From Octopus sinensis (Eukaryota), in assembly GCF_006345805.1 (NCBI RefSeq), contig NC_043007.1, forward strand, positions 6,944,001 to 7,008,000: a DNA stretch of 64,000 nt, written 5' to 3'. How positions within the stretch are numbered: position 1 is the stretch's first letter; each line of letters opens with the position of its first letter. Below are positions 11,601 through 25,408 of the stretch, in pieces. A program made the translations under genes and the position numbers. The notes below the pieces were generated by a model, which had not been told where the DNA came from, searched no databases, and was given only the letters and a program-made list of their open reading frames with translations.

Positions 11601-13430
11601 TGTCTTCTTTTGTGTGTGTGTGCACATACACTTGCATAACTCTGTAGATACACAAATCCGTCCATGCATATATACATATATCTAAACATATACATATGCA
11701 CAGAATCAAATATTTTTCATTTGAATACAAAGACAGTTTGTTTCAATTTTTAAAATGATGTTTCATAAAACCTCAGCATAAATGGAAGATACAAATTCCA
11801 TATTAATACATATTTTCCCAGGGATCTCACGAAAGTTCCAATACGCAAGGCAAACCAATAGAGAAATATACTTGAATTCCCGAGACATTTATGACATTCG
11901 AACAGCCAAACGCATCCAAGAGCATGGCAGAGAATAATCGATACAAATACACAGCTACATAAAACTTTCATCATCATTCGATCCTCACTTGTTTCATCGA
12001 CCCATGGTTGACAAATTTAAAGAGATATATATCAATTTACAATGTAAACATAGTCATAGCTTCATATATGTCACTGGTTTCGATTTCAGTGAAAATCATA
12101 AATAATTAATCATTGTACTATAGCTTTGTAAATCAATGTTAATACTATATTCACTCGAGTTATGAGTGCTAGCTCTTTCATCAGAATTCCTATCTGATAC
12201 TCGTATAGGGAGAATACTATGTCGCTTCACACACAGCTTTCAGACAAACGCCGTGAGTCGCATCCAACGCATTGAACACGTACATCATTTTCCATCTCCC
12301 TTTTACTCATACTCTTATACATATGTAAGTATGGATCTATATATACCCTGAGTATGATTTTAAACTACATCCGGTACTGGGATCTGGTACATAGGCATTT
12401 CAGGGGTGTCGAACTCAGTTCTTAGCTATTATTGTTCCCATGTTAACGACTCAGAATCATACGCTTGTTCCCAACTCTACTAGAGACACAGCTACAGGTT
12501 AACTAGCATATGTAATGGCATTTCATTTCAGAGCGGAGACGCAGAAATAAACATGATTGACATCAAGGCGCTCTATGATCTCTAGCAATTGCCACAGCTT
12601 CATTTTAGGAAAGGGATACTCTGATACAAAGGCACGTGATGACTGTTCACCACGCTTCGGTCTGACGCTAATGACGCCGACTCAGAGAGTCATAATTTTT
12701 TCTGGTCTAAGCGTCTACCACTAAAATCCAATAACGTACAGATGCCTCTTTATGGTAACCTCATCTGACATTCCATCTGCCGCAAATCCTGTGGTGATGG
12801 AAGAGTGGCAGCTTGTGTATACTTACCGAGTTCCAAGTGCACAGCTAAAACTTACAGCTTTTAGCTCTCACTTGTGCCTCGAACTATGCGGATGAGTAGT
12901 AGGACTGGTTCGTTATTGGATGGATGGAAAGTCATAAGTGTCATAAACAACGAGGAAGTAGAATAAGACGCCAATGATGTGTGAAGATGGAGCAATTTCT
13001 ATGAGTTATAACACTAACACACGTATGCAAACGTATGTGTGCGTGTGTTGATGTTGGTGAATGAAATGATGGCTAAAGAACAAGAGCTATGCTAACTCTA
13101 TCATTAGGTTACAGCTGTTTCGGTTAAAAAGAAGATATAACCATGCTACGGTGACACTACGATATTGTGCATTATAACTATAAGCATATTCATCTCTAAC
13201 AACTAATCATTGCTTCTATTACGATAGAGCAGAATATACAGACGTGTGTGTGTGTGTGGTGTGTTTGCATGCTCACAAAAGCAATCCTTGGTATGCACAT
13301 TGCACAAACACAAATGCATATATATGTGTATATATGAAAATATATGCATACATATCTATATGCACAAATACCTTCCACCCATATATATATATATATACGT
13401 ATATAAATTTAAATATATATATATATAATA

Positions 13431-13461
<31 letters not shown>

Positions 13462-13515
13462 AAGAAGAAGTTTGAAAACGCCACTATATAAGATAAATTT
13501 TAATTTTTCTGAGAG

Positions 13516-13564
13516 ATTTTACATGTTTCGGTACTTCTTGAGAAAAACGAACCTTATCAAAAAT
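13516..13564 (-). ncRNA. Type I hammerhead motif with U3-A8 core pair
   Basis: Minus strand ATTT-TTGATAA-GGT(18 nt)ACC-GAAAC-AT-GTA-AAAT. Palindrome ACATGT, GUA site. Confidence 0.65.
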
Positions 13565-13704
13565 ATATATTTTTAATAGTTAAGTGTAATATAAGAAAGT
13601 TCATAATTATTTCTTACTAGTCTCAACTGAGTCCACCTGGTGGTGTTTTGTGTGTGGGAACATAACGGCTGTCTTGTGCTGTGACTAAGTATATATATTT
13701 ATAT

Positions 13705-13741
<37 letters not shown>

Positions 13742-13920
13742 CACACACACACACATATATAAGTATATACATATATATACGTATATGAATATATATATAT
13801 ATCCATATTACATATATATGCATGTACAAATATATGTGCACACAAATATACATACAAATATATATACTTATATATATATATGTATGTATGTATATATGTA
13901 TATATAAGTGACATTTCTGT

Positions 13921-13954
<34 letters not shown>

Positions 13955-15288
13955 CGTGTGTGCGCGTGTGTGTGCGTGTAAGTGGCATTTCTGTTATTCT
14001 GATGCTTTCTAGTAGTTTTATTGTTAGGAAATGACCAGAAATAGTTGAACGGAAAATCGCTATAGACCGTAGGAGGGAACATTAGATGTAAAAATACACA
14101 GAGACTTTCTATTGATCAGAAGAAACAATGTCAAAAGTGTAGCAACGCAAAGCGGAACATCTTTTAATGTAGAATTGCGAACAAAATTGTTCCCAAAATA
14201 AATGATGCAAAGCTTACGAAAAGCGGCAATTTATGTTTTAGTGAATTCGGATGTCTTAGATGTAGTATGGCGAGATAATGCGAATATCATTAAGGCCGTA
14301 GTATTTAAAAGAGAGGAGGTAGGAAATTGTCTTCAAAAAGATGGTTAGAATATAGTTAATAAATATTTAAATGGAGTGAGCAATCAATATTTCGTTATAT
14401 TTGAATGACATGTCCCTTTTTTTTAAATACAGTTCTAGGAATTGAATAAGACGTCTGGAAATAGATATACTTTTCCTTTACAGAACAAGAAAGTGAGGAA
14501 GGGATAGACAGAGAGAAAGAGAAAGGGAGGGAGGCAGTTTTAGAGGAGGAGTGGATGGGTGAGAGGAAGAAATATGATATGTAAATATAGGTATGTGTGT
14601 ATATGTAACTATGTGCATGTGTATGAGTGTGTACGTGTCTGTGTATGTGCCTGTGTGTGTGTGTGTGTGTGTGTGTGTAAGTTATGAATTAAAAACAAAA
14701 CTAGTAATGTGAACATTATCGATCGCACATACACAATGTATGTGTTTTCTTTATTCACTGGATTTGCTACGTCGTGCTGTTACCGAAATATCGGTAGCCA
14801 CCATTCTTGTGTTCGATCCGAGGTGAGTTGTCTCGCCTGGCCTAAGACTTTCGAATGTCTAAACAGCCAGCATGAATAGGGAGCCCTTCCTAAGTGCCAC
14901 CCCGCAAGAAATGCGGCGAAGAAACAAAATATATGCAATGCGCATGTGCAGGCGTTAATATTTATTTATGTGTGGGTGTGTGTATTTGTTTGTTTGTGTC
15001 TGTTAAAGCAAATGAGACAAAGAAGCCGAAGTAGTGAGGCATTTGAAGGAGATTTATAAAGAGACTGTAAGACTACGTCACTCATTATAACTTCACACTG
15101 CCTTGGCTTTGCTCTCTCATTTTATTCAACCTATACACACTGACACACGACCCGCGTTAGGCTCCTCTCTCATACTATTATCGAACCAGGAGTCGAAAAC
15201 CGGTCGTTCCGTAGTACTTACATAGCCTTGTCTGCCTTTTGTTTCTCTCGGATACCAAAACTTCTTTTAATATATATATATATATATA

Positions 15289-15693
15289 GAATGGTTGTAT
15301 ACTGTCAATCTAACAAGAACGTGACAGTAGGGGGTACACCACCGCTGTATAGCCCTAGGAAGCATCGAACGCCTCCTGATGGCTTTGACACATTTTTCCC
15401 TGTGTCCTTATATACATATACGAAGGGGAGACAAACACTCCCGGCTGCCGAAACTGCATATAGGGACACGTGTTTCAGGATTGTTGTCCTTCATCGGCCT
15501 AGAGTAGCAGACACCGGTCAACCGGTGATATTTGTCGCGACTTCGTAATTGTATATATCTATATATGTATATAAGGACACAGGGAAAAATGTGTCAAAGC
15601 CATCAGGAGGCGTTCGATGCTTCCTAGGGCTATACAGCGGTGGTGTACCCCCTACTGTCACGTTCTTGTTAGATTGACAGTATACAACCATTC
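15289..15693. mobile_element. MITE-like element with perfect long inverted repeats and TA flanks
   Basis: 15286-15420 is the exact reverse complement of 15562-15696. Junctions TA|GAATGG...CCATTC|TA. Confidence 0.85.
15461..15501 (-). ncRNA. Type I hammerhead motif (GUC site, U4C core) inside the inverted-repeat spacer
   Basis: Minus strand TAGG-CCGATGA-AGGA(CAACAA)TCCT-GAAAC-ACGT-GTC-CCTA. Stems I and II perfect, stem III palindrome ACACGTGT. Confidence 0.72.
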
Positions 15694-15746
15694 TATCGCC
15701 CCACCACCGTACATGTCTCTACGAGAGATTTAGAAATTCAATATTT

Positions 15747-15754
<8 letters not shown>

Positions 15755-15779
<25 letters not shown>

Positions 15780-15780
15780 T

Positions 15781-15862
<82 letters not shown>
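15755..15862. repeat. (TA)n-(GA)n compound microsatellite
   Basis: Direct reading. Confidence 0.95.
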
Positions 15863-15865
<3 letters not shown>

Positions 15866-16765
15866 AATAGACTTCTTGATCGAAGTAATTCATGATTCAT
15901 ATCTGCGAAGCAAAAGAATAAAACGTAACAAATTTTGAGGTAGAAAAAATTATTTGATGAAAGACAAAATTCTCCCAAGAGAAATTCTGTAATGAATGCT
16001 CCTGCTGGAAACAAATATCGTCTAGACAATTATTAATTGAAAGGAATATGGATATTGAGGAGGCCATAGCAAGTTGAATGTACTCTGGGAGGTGAGAAGA
16101 TAAAAACAGGAAAGAATGAAGATGAAAGATATTTCCAGAAAATTCATTACGATTTTATTGTTCCAAATGATTATATTCTCGCTTAACAATACAATTGTCA
16201 TATTCAGTCTAGAGACAACGAGAGATCTTGCACGTTCTCTCATGATCTGTAAGAATTAGAAAACAAATTCCTTTTAAACTACGCTTAGCCATCTTTAAAG
16301 AACGTCGTATTGTCTGAAAATGAAATGTGGTGGTCAGGTCACGTGGAGATCAAAATGATTATATGTCATCTGCATGAATCTATCGTAGGTTATAAGCAGA
16401 GTATTTTCACGTGAAAACATCTATGCAGACCGGGTGTTACGTTTCATATTCCGTAATTGCTTGCAAATTGAATGATATATCAACAGCAGAAAGACAAAGA
16501 CGAGTCCAGAATCAAAAGAATACAGGAAGAAACTTGTATTACTTGTGGATCGACTATACGCTTCTGCAAATATGAGTGCGGGTGTGTGTGTTTGTTTGTG
16601 TGTGTGTGTGAGAGAGAGAGAGAAATAGAGAGAGAGTGTGTGTGTGTGTGTGTGTGTGTGAGTGCATGTGTGTGTGTGAATTTGTGCGTGTGTATGCATA
16701 TATATGTGTGTAGTGGGGGGGATATGCGTGTCTTTGCGCGTGTATGTGTGTGCTATTCGTACCAA

Positions 16766-17570
16766 CTTTAAATAACATTAGTCGGAATAGGCGGATTATC
16801 TTTTCGGAAGATTGTGCTGCCATCAGGGGATAACGTTTGCCTCATACGATGGGTATACTCAGCCAAAATACTTAGATGATTATAAGCGTTAACTCTACCA
16901 TGAAGAACAAGTAAATGCTAAGGAGAATTGCGTGATGTGGCTGCAAAAATCGCCACAAAAGCATCTCCTATTTTAACGATAAGGTCTACACAAGTATTGT
17001 CGCACGCCTCTTTGGGATGTTCCCAGACAAACTCGTATCGAAGTAGAAAAAGATGAAGGATGATGATACATCAGAATAAATGTCATAGTATTACTGAACC
17101 ATTGACCATTTTTAACTGACACCATGTGTTCTGCTTATTATTGATAATGGTGAATATGAGCGGTTTAGCTATTGCAAACCTTCCACGGTATCCAATTTCA
17201 TGGAGTTCATAACGAACTGGGTTGATGCAAGTTTTTCAATGCCATGCTTCAAATCTGCTGTTATTTTGCCGCTGTATTCCGATGTTCTTTTAGACACAAT
17301 ACGTTTCAATATTGTGCAAATCCTCTTTGTGGTTCTGTGATCATCGCCTTTTGTCCGAAAGTATGGTTTCTAGAGTTCCTTTTACCTTGGTTTTGGAAAG
17401 ATAATATGGTTAAAGAGTGTATCTCTCGAAACATTAAACAATCCGGCAGTTCTGGTGACGGAAACGCCATCCATCCGCACTTCAACTTTTTGTCCGAATT
17501 AGGTTGGTCAAATATTTTAAGTTATAAATTTGTTCATGTACAACAAAAGAAAGAGGTTGCAAAGGAAGCT
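16766..17570 (-). mobile_element. Decayed Tc1-type DNA transposon (transposase relic)
   Basis: GVSVTRTAGLFNVSRDT, LKRIVSK/EHRNTAAK/ITADL, VRYELHEIGYRGR, YSDVSSF, LHGRVNA, TIFRKDNPPI, with many frameshifts. Confidence 0.8.
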
Positions 17571-17580
17571 ATATATATAC

Positions 17581-17660
<80 letters not shown>

Positions 17661-18050
17661 TATAGATATATATACAGTCTTGCAATTGTCTATTATCAAT
17701 ATATGTTAGTTAAATAGACCATTATATTGTGTGTATGTGCATGCGTATGTTTATGTATATATATATCGTATATTATATATATATCTCTATATATATATAT
17801 ATATATAATATATATATATATAAGTATAATATATATATATATATATATGTATGTATGTGTGTGTGTGTGTGTGTGTGTCAGAGAAAGAAAGAGAGACAGT
17901 AGAATGATAAAGGCAAACATATATATACACATATGTACCCGCAAGGGTAAACAAGAGAGATAGAAACAGGCAGAAACAAGGAAATGCCCCTTGTATATGA
18001 ATACCGTGCAAATATTCTTTTAAAATACTTTACATTTATATATATATACA

Positions 18051-18094
<44 letters not shown>

Positions 18095-18344
18095 CATTTA
18101 TATATATATATATGTACACACACATTTATATATATATATATATATACACATATATATACATACATGCACAGACACACACACATACGCATATATATTTATA
18201 CATATAACTATACAGGCAAAGATAAGCACACATATAGATGCACAAGTACGCAAAGAAGAAACGTAATACGCACACAATCACACGCACATACACACACACA
18301 TATATGGCAAAGATAGATAGATAGATAGATATCCATCTATCTAG

Positions 18345-18418
<74 letters not shown>

Positions 18419-18676
18419 TCACACGCACAGACAGTGTTATGAATGTGTCTTCCAGAATAACTTAGCAGTTTACACCTGCGGTTGTCATATTTCATTACGT
18501 TTACACACAACATATATGGATACATTGCACGAATATAAAAGTACGTTTGTATTTATCTATCTCTGCATCGAATTATCTCTAGTATATATGCAATAATACA
18601 CACACATACACACCTATATGTGTGTGTGTGTGTGTGTGTGGTGTGTGTGTGTGTGCGTGCATATGTGTCTATGTTT

Positions 18677-18877
18677 GTCACCCCACTCCAAAGCTTGACA
18701 ACTGATGTTGACGTGTTTACGTCCCCGTAACTTTGCGGTTAGGAAAAAGAGAAGGACAGAATAAGTACTAGGCTTACAAAGAATAAGTCCTGGGGTCGAC
18801 TTCTTCGACTAAATACCGTTCTCTAGCATAGCTGCAGTCAAATGACTAAGACAAGTAATAGAATAAGGAATAAAAGA

Positions 18878-18880
<3 letters not shown>
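18677..18880 (+). mobile_element. SINE-like family 2
   Basis: GTTTACGTCCCCGTAAC...AAGAATAAGTCCTGGGGTCGA...GCAGTCAAATGACT, shared with 23545-23695. Confidence 0.75.
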
Positions 18881-18908
<28 letters not shown>

Positions 18909-19596
18909 TTATATATATATATATGTATACATATATATGTGTGTGTGTTTATGTGTGTGTGTATCTAAGTATATGTATATATATATATAACACACACATA
19001 TGCACATTTACATATAGTCATTGCAGTATATTCAATGCGTTTATATACGCACATATTCTCTACAATATGCGATGTGCGTGAGTGAAAAGAGATCTCTGGA
19101 TGAATAGTTTGTGAAGGCGTCGGTTGTGCAGAGTGATACACAGACGGTGCTTGAGCATCAGTAGTTAAATAATGCCGTAATGCTATTTCACTGTTCCAGT
19201 GAAGTCATTCAATTGAATTTTTCCTAACCTAAACACTGTTTGCCACGAACAGTCGGTGTCTGTTGTCATGTTGCCAACTCTCGACTACAACTTACTCTCA
19301 AGCAACACCCATTTGCAGTATTGCTTGATGTTTAATCTATTTATTGCCTTCCTACTTGCTACAAACGACTTTACGTTTATATTCTATCGTATTAGCTTAT
19401 CTATTGTTTTAAATATATGGCCATAGAAATATTATATGCCGTTGTTAAATTTGATCTTTTGAGTATGTCCCCAAGACATGCGTCTAAGCTTTATGTATAC
19501 AGACGTTCTCAGGTTATACTTGAGATTTTTAACGATATATCATTCATTCTGTAACCATTGTGCATTTGGTTCTGTTGTTACAGTATTCGTGCGTTA

Positions 19597-19810
19597 GGTG
19601 GTGAGCTAATACAATTATTACGACGCCGGACAATGTGCTTAGCGGTGTTTCTTCTGGCTTTGCGTTCTAAGTTGAAATGACAACGAGGTCGACTTTGCCT
19701 CTTTACCTTTCGAGGTCGATAAAGAACGTGCCAGATGAACACTGAGGGTCGACGTAATCAGCTAGGTCCCTTCTCAGTTCCAAGCCTTCTGCCTGTGGTA
19801 GAAGCAATTA
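19597..19810 (+). mobile_element. SINE family 1, diverged
   Basis: GAGGTCGACTTTGCC...GAGGTCGATAAA...GGGTCGACGTAATC. Confidence 0.7.
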
Positions 19811-20883
19811 TACAGTATTCTTGAGGTTTGTGTTTATAACGATATGTCCATTGGATGTGTGTGAATGAGTTTGTCTTTGCGTAATTCTAAAACCTCTTGT
19901 AGTGATCTATTTTGCTCCCTATAATTAACTAATGTTTGGTTCCTGCGACAGACGTCCTTACCTGTATCTTTTCGAGGGCCAGAAAGTAAAAGCTCGTCTT
20001 CTGTGAGATTTCGTGGCAGGTGTTTAGTATTTTTGCGTGATAGGATAAACTCCTTATATTCGGGTATGTTCAAATTCAGTATTTTGCATTTCATTAGGTA
20101 TAATATATTCCATGATTCTTTGTAATGCTCAAAGAACAACGAAAACGTGCGTAAAACACTATTAACCAATTTCGTTTCATTCTCAGAATGAACTCAAGAC
20201 GTTCTCTGTGTTTATTTACGAACGACATATATTAACTTTCAAAATATCGCTGTATCTTGTGAAAACGAGGAATGAATATATATTAAAAATCAACAACATT
20301 TTTTCGGTTGTCTACAAAAAGAATTTAAAATACCAGCATGATAGCAACATCTTACGAGAAGGTAACGATTTTCCAAAGTAAAACTAAGAATAAATAAATA
20401 GTGAATATCTGTAGGAATCCGGCGAATGATAAAAACAAGATAAGGTCTCATATCTGTCTTTTATGCATACAAACAGAGAGTAAATAAGCCGAGCCTATAT
20501 TTATTTTTATGTTTGTGTACATCCGGATTCGCTTATAAAAATAACTCGAGTCTTACGTTTATAACTCCAACGTTCACAACTAGTGAGCAGTGCTTATCTA
20601 TATTTATTGAATTATTCTGCGGAATTAGTCGTCTTTGTTGGGTGGGTCGGTGTTTGTATTTATTCCTTTATTTATTCATCTTGTTTGTTGTAAGTACAAC
20701 CAGAGACATCTTTGTTATTTCTCTGTTATTACTAGTTTCCAAAATTGTTTTCCGTCTCCTGCTTACTTACCTGAGGGTTACAAATTTGTTTATTCCGCTG
20801 CTTCGCACATTCTGTCTGTCTGTCTGTCTGTCTGTCTGCCTGTCTGTCTGTATGTATGTATGTATGTATGTATGTATGTAGTA

Positions 20884-21123
20884 TCACCGTGACCGACCAG
20901 GCTATCAGATGTTGTTACACATCGTTGATCCCAATGCGCTTCGCATTGTTAGGCCAACAGAAGAAAGATTGCGAGAAAGTTGTGGCGGAAGGGTACATCA
21001 GGAAACTCTACCACCCCCTGCCGGAGCCTCGTGCAGCTTTAGGTGTTTTCGCTCAATAAACACTCACAACCGCGACCCTACGAACGCGAGTCCGCTGCCC
21101 TAACCACTGGGCCATTGCACCCC
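20884..21123 (-). mobile_element. tRNA-derived SINE family 3
   Basis: Minus strand GGTGCAATGGCCCAGTGGTTAGGGCAGCGGACTCGC (A box), then GTTTATTGAGCGAAAACACC. Confidence 0.8.
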
Positions 21124-21127
21124 TTCC

Positions 21128-21178
<51 letters not shown>

Positions 21179-21388
21179 TCATTTCTTTCAGTTGACGCCG
21201 ATTTAAAGCTCAGGCATTTTTCTCACTGCAGTCATGTTTGGGAACCATTTCCAAGGGTTTACTCGAATAATCGACCAGGACTTCAGTCCTGAAAATATTT
21301 GTATTGGTCTCATTAGCCGAACTATTATGTTACTGAAGCGCTAAAAGGCGGCAAACAAAAAGACACACACGCTATCCACCACATATTC

Positions 21389-21546
21389 ACACGACTGGAT
21401 TCCGTACAGTTTTCATCAACCAAATTCCTTTAAAAGGACTCGGTCGGCCTGGGTCTTTGGTAGATGGCAGTTGTCGAAGGTGCCATGCAGAGGGGTAACC
21501 TCGAAACGACGTGGAATCAAAGCCAGCTTCTTCACCACATAACCAT
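21389..21546 (-). mobile_element. SINE family 4, diverged
   Basis: CAGTTTTCATCAACCAAATTCC...GGTCGGCCTGGG...GAAGGTGCCATGCAG...ACCACATAACCA. Confidence 0.6.
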
Positions 21547-22089
21547 ATTTACGTCTTTTCTCTAATTTCTATTGTTCACATTTGTTTTCTTTCATGTTAA
21601 CTTAATAAAATGTCTAATAGCTGTGTTGAGTTTCCGTTTACGTTATCTTCTTCAACCTGTGGCATAACTACATGATGTATCCAGATAAAATCTGTCTCTT
21701 AACTTCACGTTATTGTTGCAGTTATATTTTTAGCCAAGTTTTAAGAGATTTGAAAACTGTGCACCATTTAATTGTGTTGCTGTTCAGTTTAATTCACTAT
21801 TGTTTCCGTTTCTTTCATGCTTCTCCGTTTGACTATGTAAATAGCTGGCGGCCTGTCAATCAAAGAATCTTTGATCGTTAGATTTGGAGTCTCCCACATG
21901 TATTATCGTAAAAAGACTAAACAGAGGTGCTTTTTTTTCATTTAATCTTTAGCCGGCCCCTCGAGATATTGATTCACTTCATTTTATTTGCTTCACTCAG
22001 TGAACTGCGGCCAAGCTGCAGTATTCATTGCATTCAATGTTTTAGTCGAACTAACAAAAACACACTCACAAGCACGAAGGCACATGGAA

Positions 22090-22145
<56 letters not shown>

Positions 22146-22493
22146 ATTAATGAGCATATAATCTTTAAACAAGAATGCTAGCAGTGACTTTGAAGTTTCG
22201 CGTAGCCAAGCCCTCGTCGGTCTTCGAGTGAGTCTCTATGATATTTGATTAATTATGGCACGGATGGCTTAGCTCGCCGAAACATGGAAGTCGATGTCAA
22301 CGACAATATTTTTTTTAAGAATAGTAATAATAATAATCATAATAATAATATATATGAATATATACATACATACATATATATATATCTATAGAATATATGT
22401 ATATATACACACACATATATATATATCTATATATATATATTATATATATATATATAGTCATACATACATATGTATATATACGCACACACGTAC

Positions 22494-22546
<53 letters not shown>

Positions 22547-22548
22547 AT

Positions 22549-22710
22549 GGGGAGAATTCACAAAAAAAAAAACAAAAGACGAGGACAGGTGGTGTAGACA
22601 ACAAACAGATGTATTAGTTTAACCCTCGGAAGTGAAAAAGTCTTAACGGTTCGAGCCTACGCTCTTCCACAGAGAGGAACACAGAAAAAACAAGGAGAGA
22701 AAAAAAAAAT
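22549..22710 (-). mobile_element. Family B module
   Basis: AAAACAAAAGACGAGGACAGGTGGTGT...GATGTATTAGTTTAAC...CGAGCCTACGC matches 4057-4253. Confidence 0.65.
22641..22676 (-). ncRNA. Hammerhead-like motif, family B, non-canonical core
   Basis: Minus strand CTCT-CTGTGGA-A-GAGC(GTAG)GCTC-GAAC-CGTT-AAGA. Confidence 0.33.
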
Positions 22711-23544
22711 ATATATATGTATATACAGAACGGGCTTCGCACTGTTTCCGTCAACCAAATGTAATTTCATTGCATTAAACAACACGTCGTTATAGAAGTA
22801 GATATCTTACAAGAGGGCCAAATATCAAGACAGAATCCTTGTCCACCCTGTTGCTAATCTAATGTTTTGCTACGCAAATTTGTCGGCGACTACTGATAAA
22901 TGCTTTCTAGCAAAAGCGCGGTTTGTTCGGAAATTTCCCTTAGGACAATATTCTTCTTTGATTCGTTGGAAGACTGTTTATATTTTCTGCGCATTTATTT
23001 TTATTTTTATGCAATACACCGACACAATTACGTCATTCACTACAACTGCTATAAATGTGATGTTAAAAGGATTAATTCCTACATTTAAACCACTATATAC
23101 ATACATATGTACATGCATGGTCTTCCATAAACAACTTAGCCCGGACTTGTGCTTCGGAAGGGAACTTTCTAGATGCAATCCCATGGTCATTCATAACCGA
23201 AGGATGACTTTACCTTTCATATGTATGTATGTATGTATTTGGATATAGTGTTAGGAACTTAAAAAACGATAAAAACTTTTTAGCGGATAATGTTAAGCTA
23301 AACACGCAGACAGTTTTTCATGCTGCACTGTAAGGTCAGGATGAAGTCCATTATCAAAATGAGGGAAGCTAGGTGTTAATTTCTTTATTACCAGCATAAA
23401 GCCTTAAATTTAGAAAGGACACTACGAGGACAGACAACACAATCGTGTGGTACATTTAATGATTAACGAATGATTTATGAGATGTGAAAAAATAATGACA
23501 ATGAAAATGGCTTTCCACCCCCACAAAGTAGAAAGTAGCATTTT

Positions 23545-23695
23545 TACTCTCTTACTCTCTCTTTACTCTTTTACTTGTTTCAGTCATTTGACTGCGGCCA
23601 TGCTGGAGCACCGCCTTTAGTCGAGCAACTCGACCCCGGGACTTATTCTTTGTAAGCCCAGTACTTATTCTATCGGTCTCTTTTGCCGAACCGCT
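23545..23695 (-). mobile_element. SINE-like family 2
   Basis: CAGTCATTTGACTGCGGCCATGCTGGAGCACCGCC...GACTTATTCTTTGTAAGC. Confidence 0.8.
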
Positions 23696-23819
23696 GTTCA
23701 GTTTTTATCTTTTTTACTGTTCCGTTTGTATCTCTCTTCTTTTTTTATTTATCAGAAAACTCGTCATATCTTCAAAAGTTATAACAGGTGATAATTCGTC
23801 GAATCGAACCCGTAATTCT

Positions 23820-24510
23820 GTATTTTATATCCTACTTCCGAATATTTCTTTCAATCTGGCTGCTTTTTCATCATCTAGTAATACTGATTTCGGGTTTCCA
23901 TTTACCGCTTTATCTCCTAGTTTCACTCTCATAACTCCCTTCATTCGCGCTCTCCCTTTTTCAATTTCTACGCTTTTCTCGTATCTCACCAACATTCTTT
24001 CGTGTTTTCTTTTACCTATCATTCTTCCTACATTCTCTCTCTCATTATTTCCGTATCTGCAAACCATTCTTCCACTGACTTCTGTCCTTCATCTATCTTA
24101 CTTGTTGACGGCTTTGGCCTTCTTTCAACATTCTCTGTGATGATTGCTGTTGTTTCTATCAGATCTACCAGTTCTTCTCGTCCTTCCTTCCCCTTACTTG
24201 TTGACGGCTTCGGCCCTTGTTTTTTTCTATTGTTGCTTCAGCTTTTCTTTTTTCCTTTTTCTCTGATTTTCTTTTCTTTTTTTTTTTTTGCGGAGACTCA
24301 CTATTTCCTCTCTTGTCGTCCTCGGACAACTCTACTTCCTACTCCATTATTTCATTTACCTTTTCCGGACTCTCTTACTCCACCACCTCCTGTTCTTGTT
24401 TCTGGGGACACCTTGTTCTTATGTGCCCCCTTACTCCCCATTCGAAGCATACTGGTGGTCTCCCCTCTACCATGACTCTCAGCCTGGTCTCGTCGGGCAA
24501 TATTATCTCC
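23820..24510 (-). mobile_element. LINE ORF1-like relic (L1/Tx1-like) with degenerate CCHC knuckle
   Basis: RLRVMVEGRPPVCFEWGVRGHIRTRCPQ at 24400-24495 (second Cys is Trp), followed by a charged low-complexity region with two PKPSTSK repeats. Clade is inferred. Confidence 0.6.
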
Positions 24511-25408
24511 TCTATTATCTTGTGGACACACAACAACTTCAACACACGAATGTGGAACTGGAAGCTGGGTGTTGATAGCCAAACTATGAAAGTCTAACAA
24601 ACTGGCTGGACCTTAGCAAACCTTTATAAGCAGAGATAATTGTACACTCAGTTTTTGCGACAGTCTTTTTCTTGTTCGGCAAGGTTCAATTGGATTTTGG
24701 AATCTGTGATTGCCTGTCTAGTTTGTGCACGTTGTGCTTTGTGTTGGTCATTTATGGATTTATTTATCATGCTCCAGGAATTCTCCAGAACTTTTGTCAG
24801 ATTTAAAATAATTTCTGTGTCACGTCTGGGTGAGTACAAAAAATCTCTTTTGTTATGTTATAGTATTTCTGTGAAATTTGAATCCTGCATTTGAGGCAGG
24901 TAGTGTAGAAATTATGCTAGTTATTTTTTGTTAAGATAAATGTTGAAATTTGTATAAATTGCTAAAGGGTGTATGAAGTTTTTCATGTAGCCAAACTTTT
25001 TTATTAGATAATTAAACTGTAAATTTTGTCTAATGGTTACTCAGCATGCTTGTATGAAGATTTGTGTGAATTTAAAGCAACCTAGATTTTTTGTTGACTA
25101 TTTAATTTTTTTACTACAATTATTGAGGTAGTCTGCCGGTCGTTTTGTGACATAAATATTTAAGTTTAAGTGGTTGCTTTGACATTAGACTTATTTATGC
25201 TTAGGTCCAAGATTCGAAAAAGGAATTGGTGAAACCAGATCTTATGAAATTCAAATTTTCTGAATCCATATTTTTTTTGTAAACCAAATTTTTGAGGCCA
25301 GGTCTTGTGTGAGGCCAATTTTGGTGAAACCAAAATTTGTGAATCCAGAGTTACGTATCAAAGTTTGTGAAATCAAGTTGAAGCCGGGTTTCTGAGTTCG
25401 AATTTCTG

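Noticed and set aside
11820-11935. Plus-strand peptide ending RTAKRIQEHGRE, faintly like GIY-YIG RxxEH
   Set aside because: Spacing and upstream GIY/YIG motifs do not fit.
11750-11977. ORF starting MMMKVLCSCVFVSIILCHALG, resembling a signal peptide
   Set aside because: Only weak donor sites, no recognisable mature domain, and hydrophobic starts arise easily on T-rich strands.
12148-12187. Hammerhead-like CTGATGA...ACTCGAGT on the minus strand
   Set aside because: GAAA is replaced by ATAA and the cleavage triplet would end in G; too degenerate to call.
19834-20169. 111-aa minus-strand ORF with a good donor (CAG|gtaagg)
   Set aside because: No convincing in-frame acceptor, a non-ATG start and no family similarity recognised.
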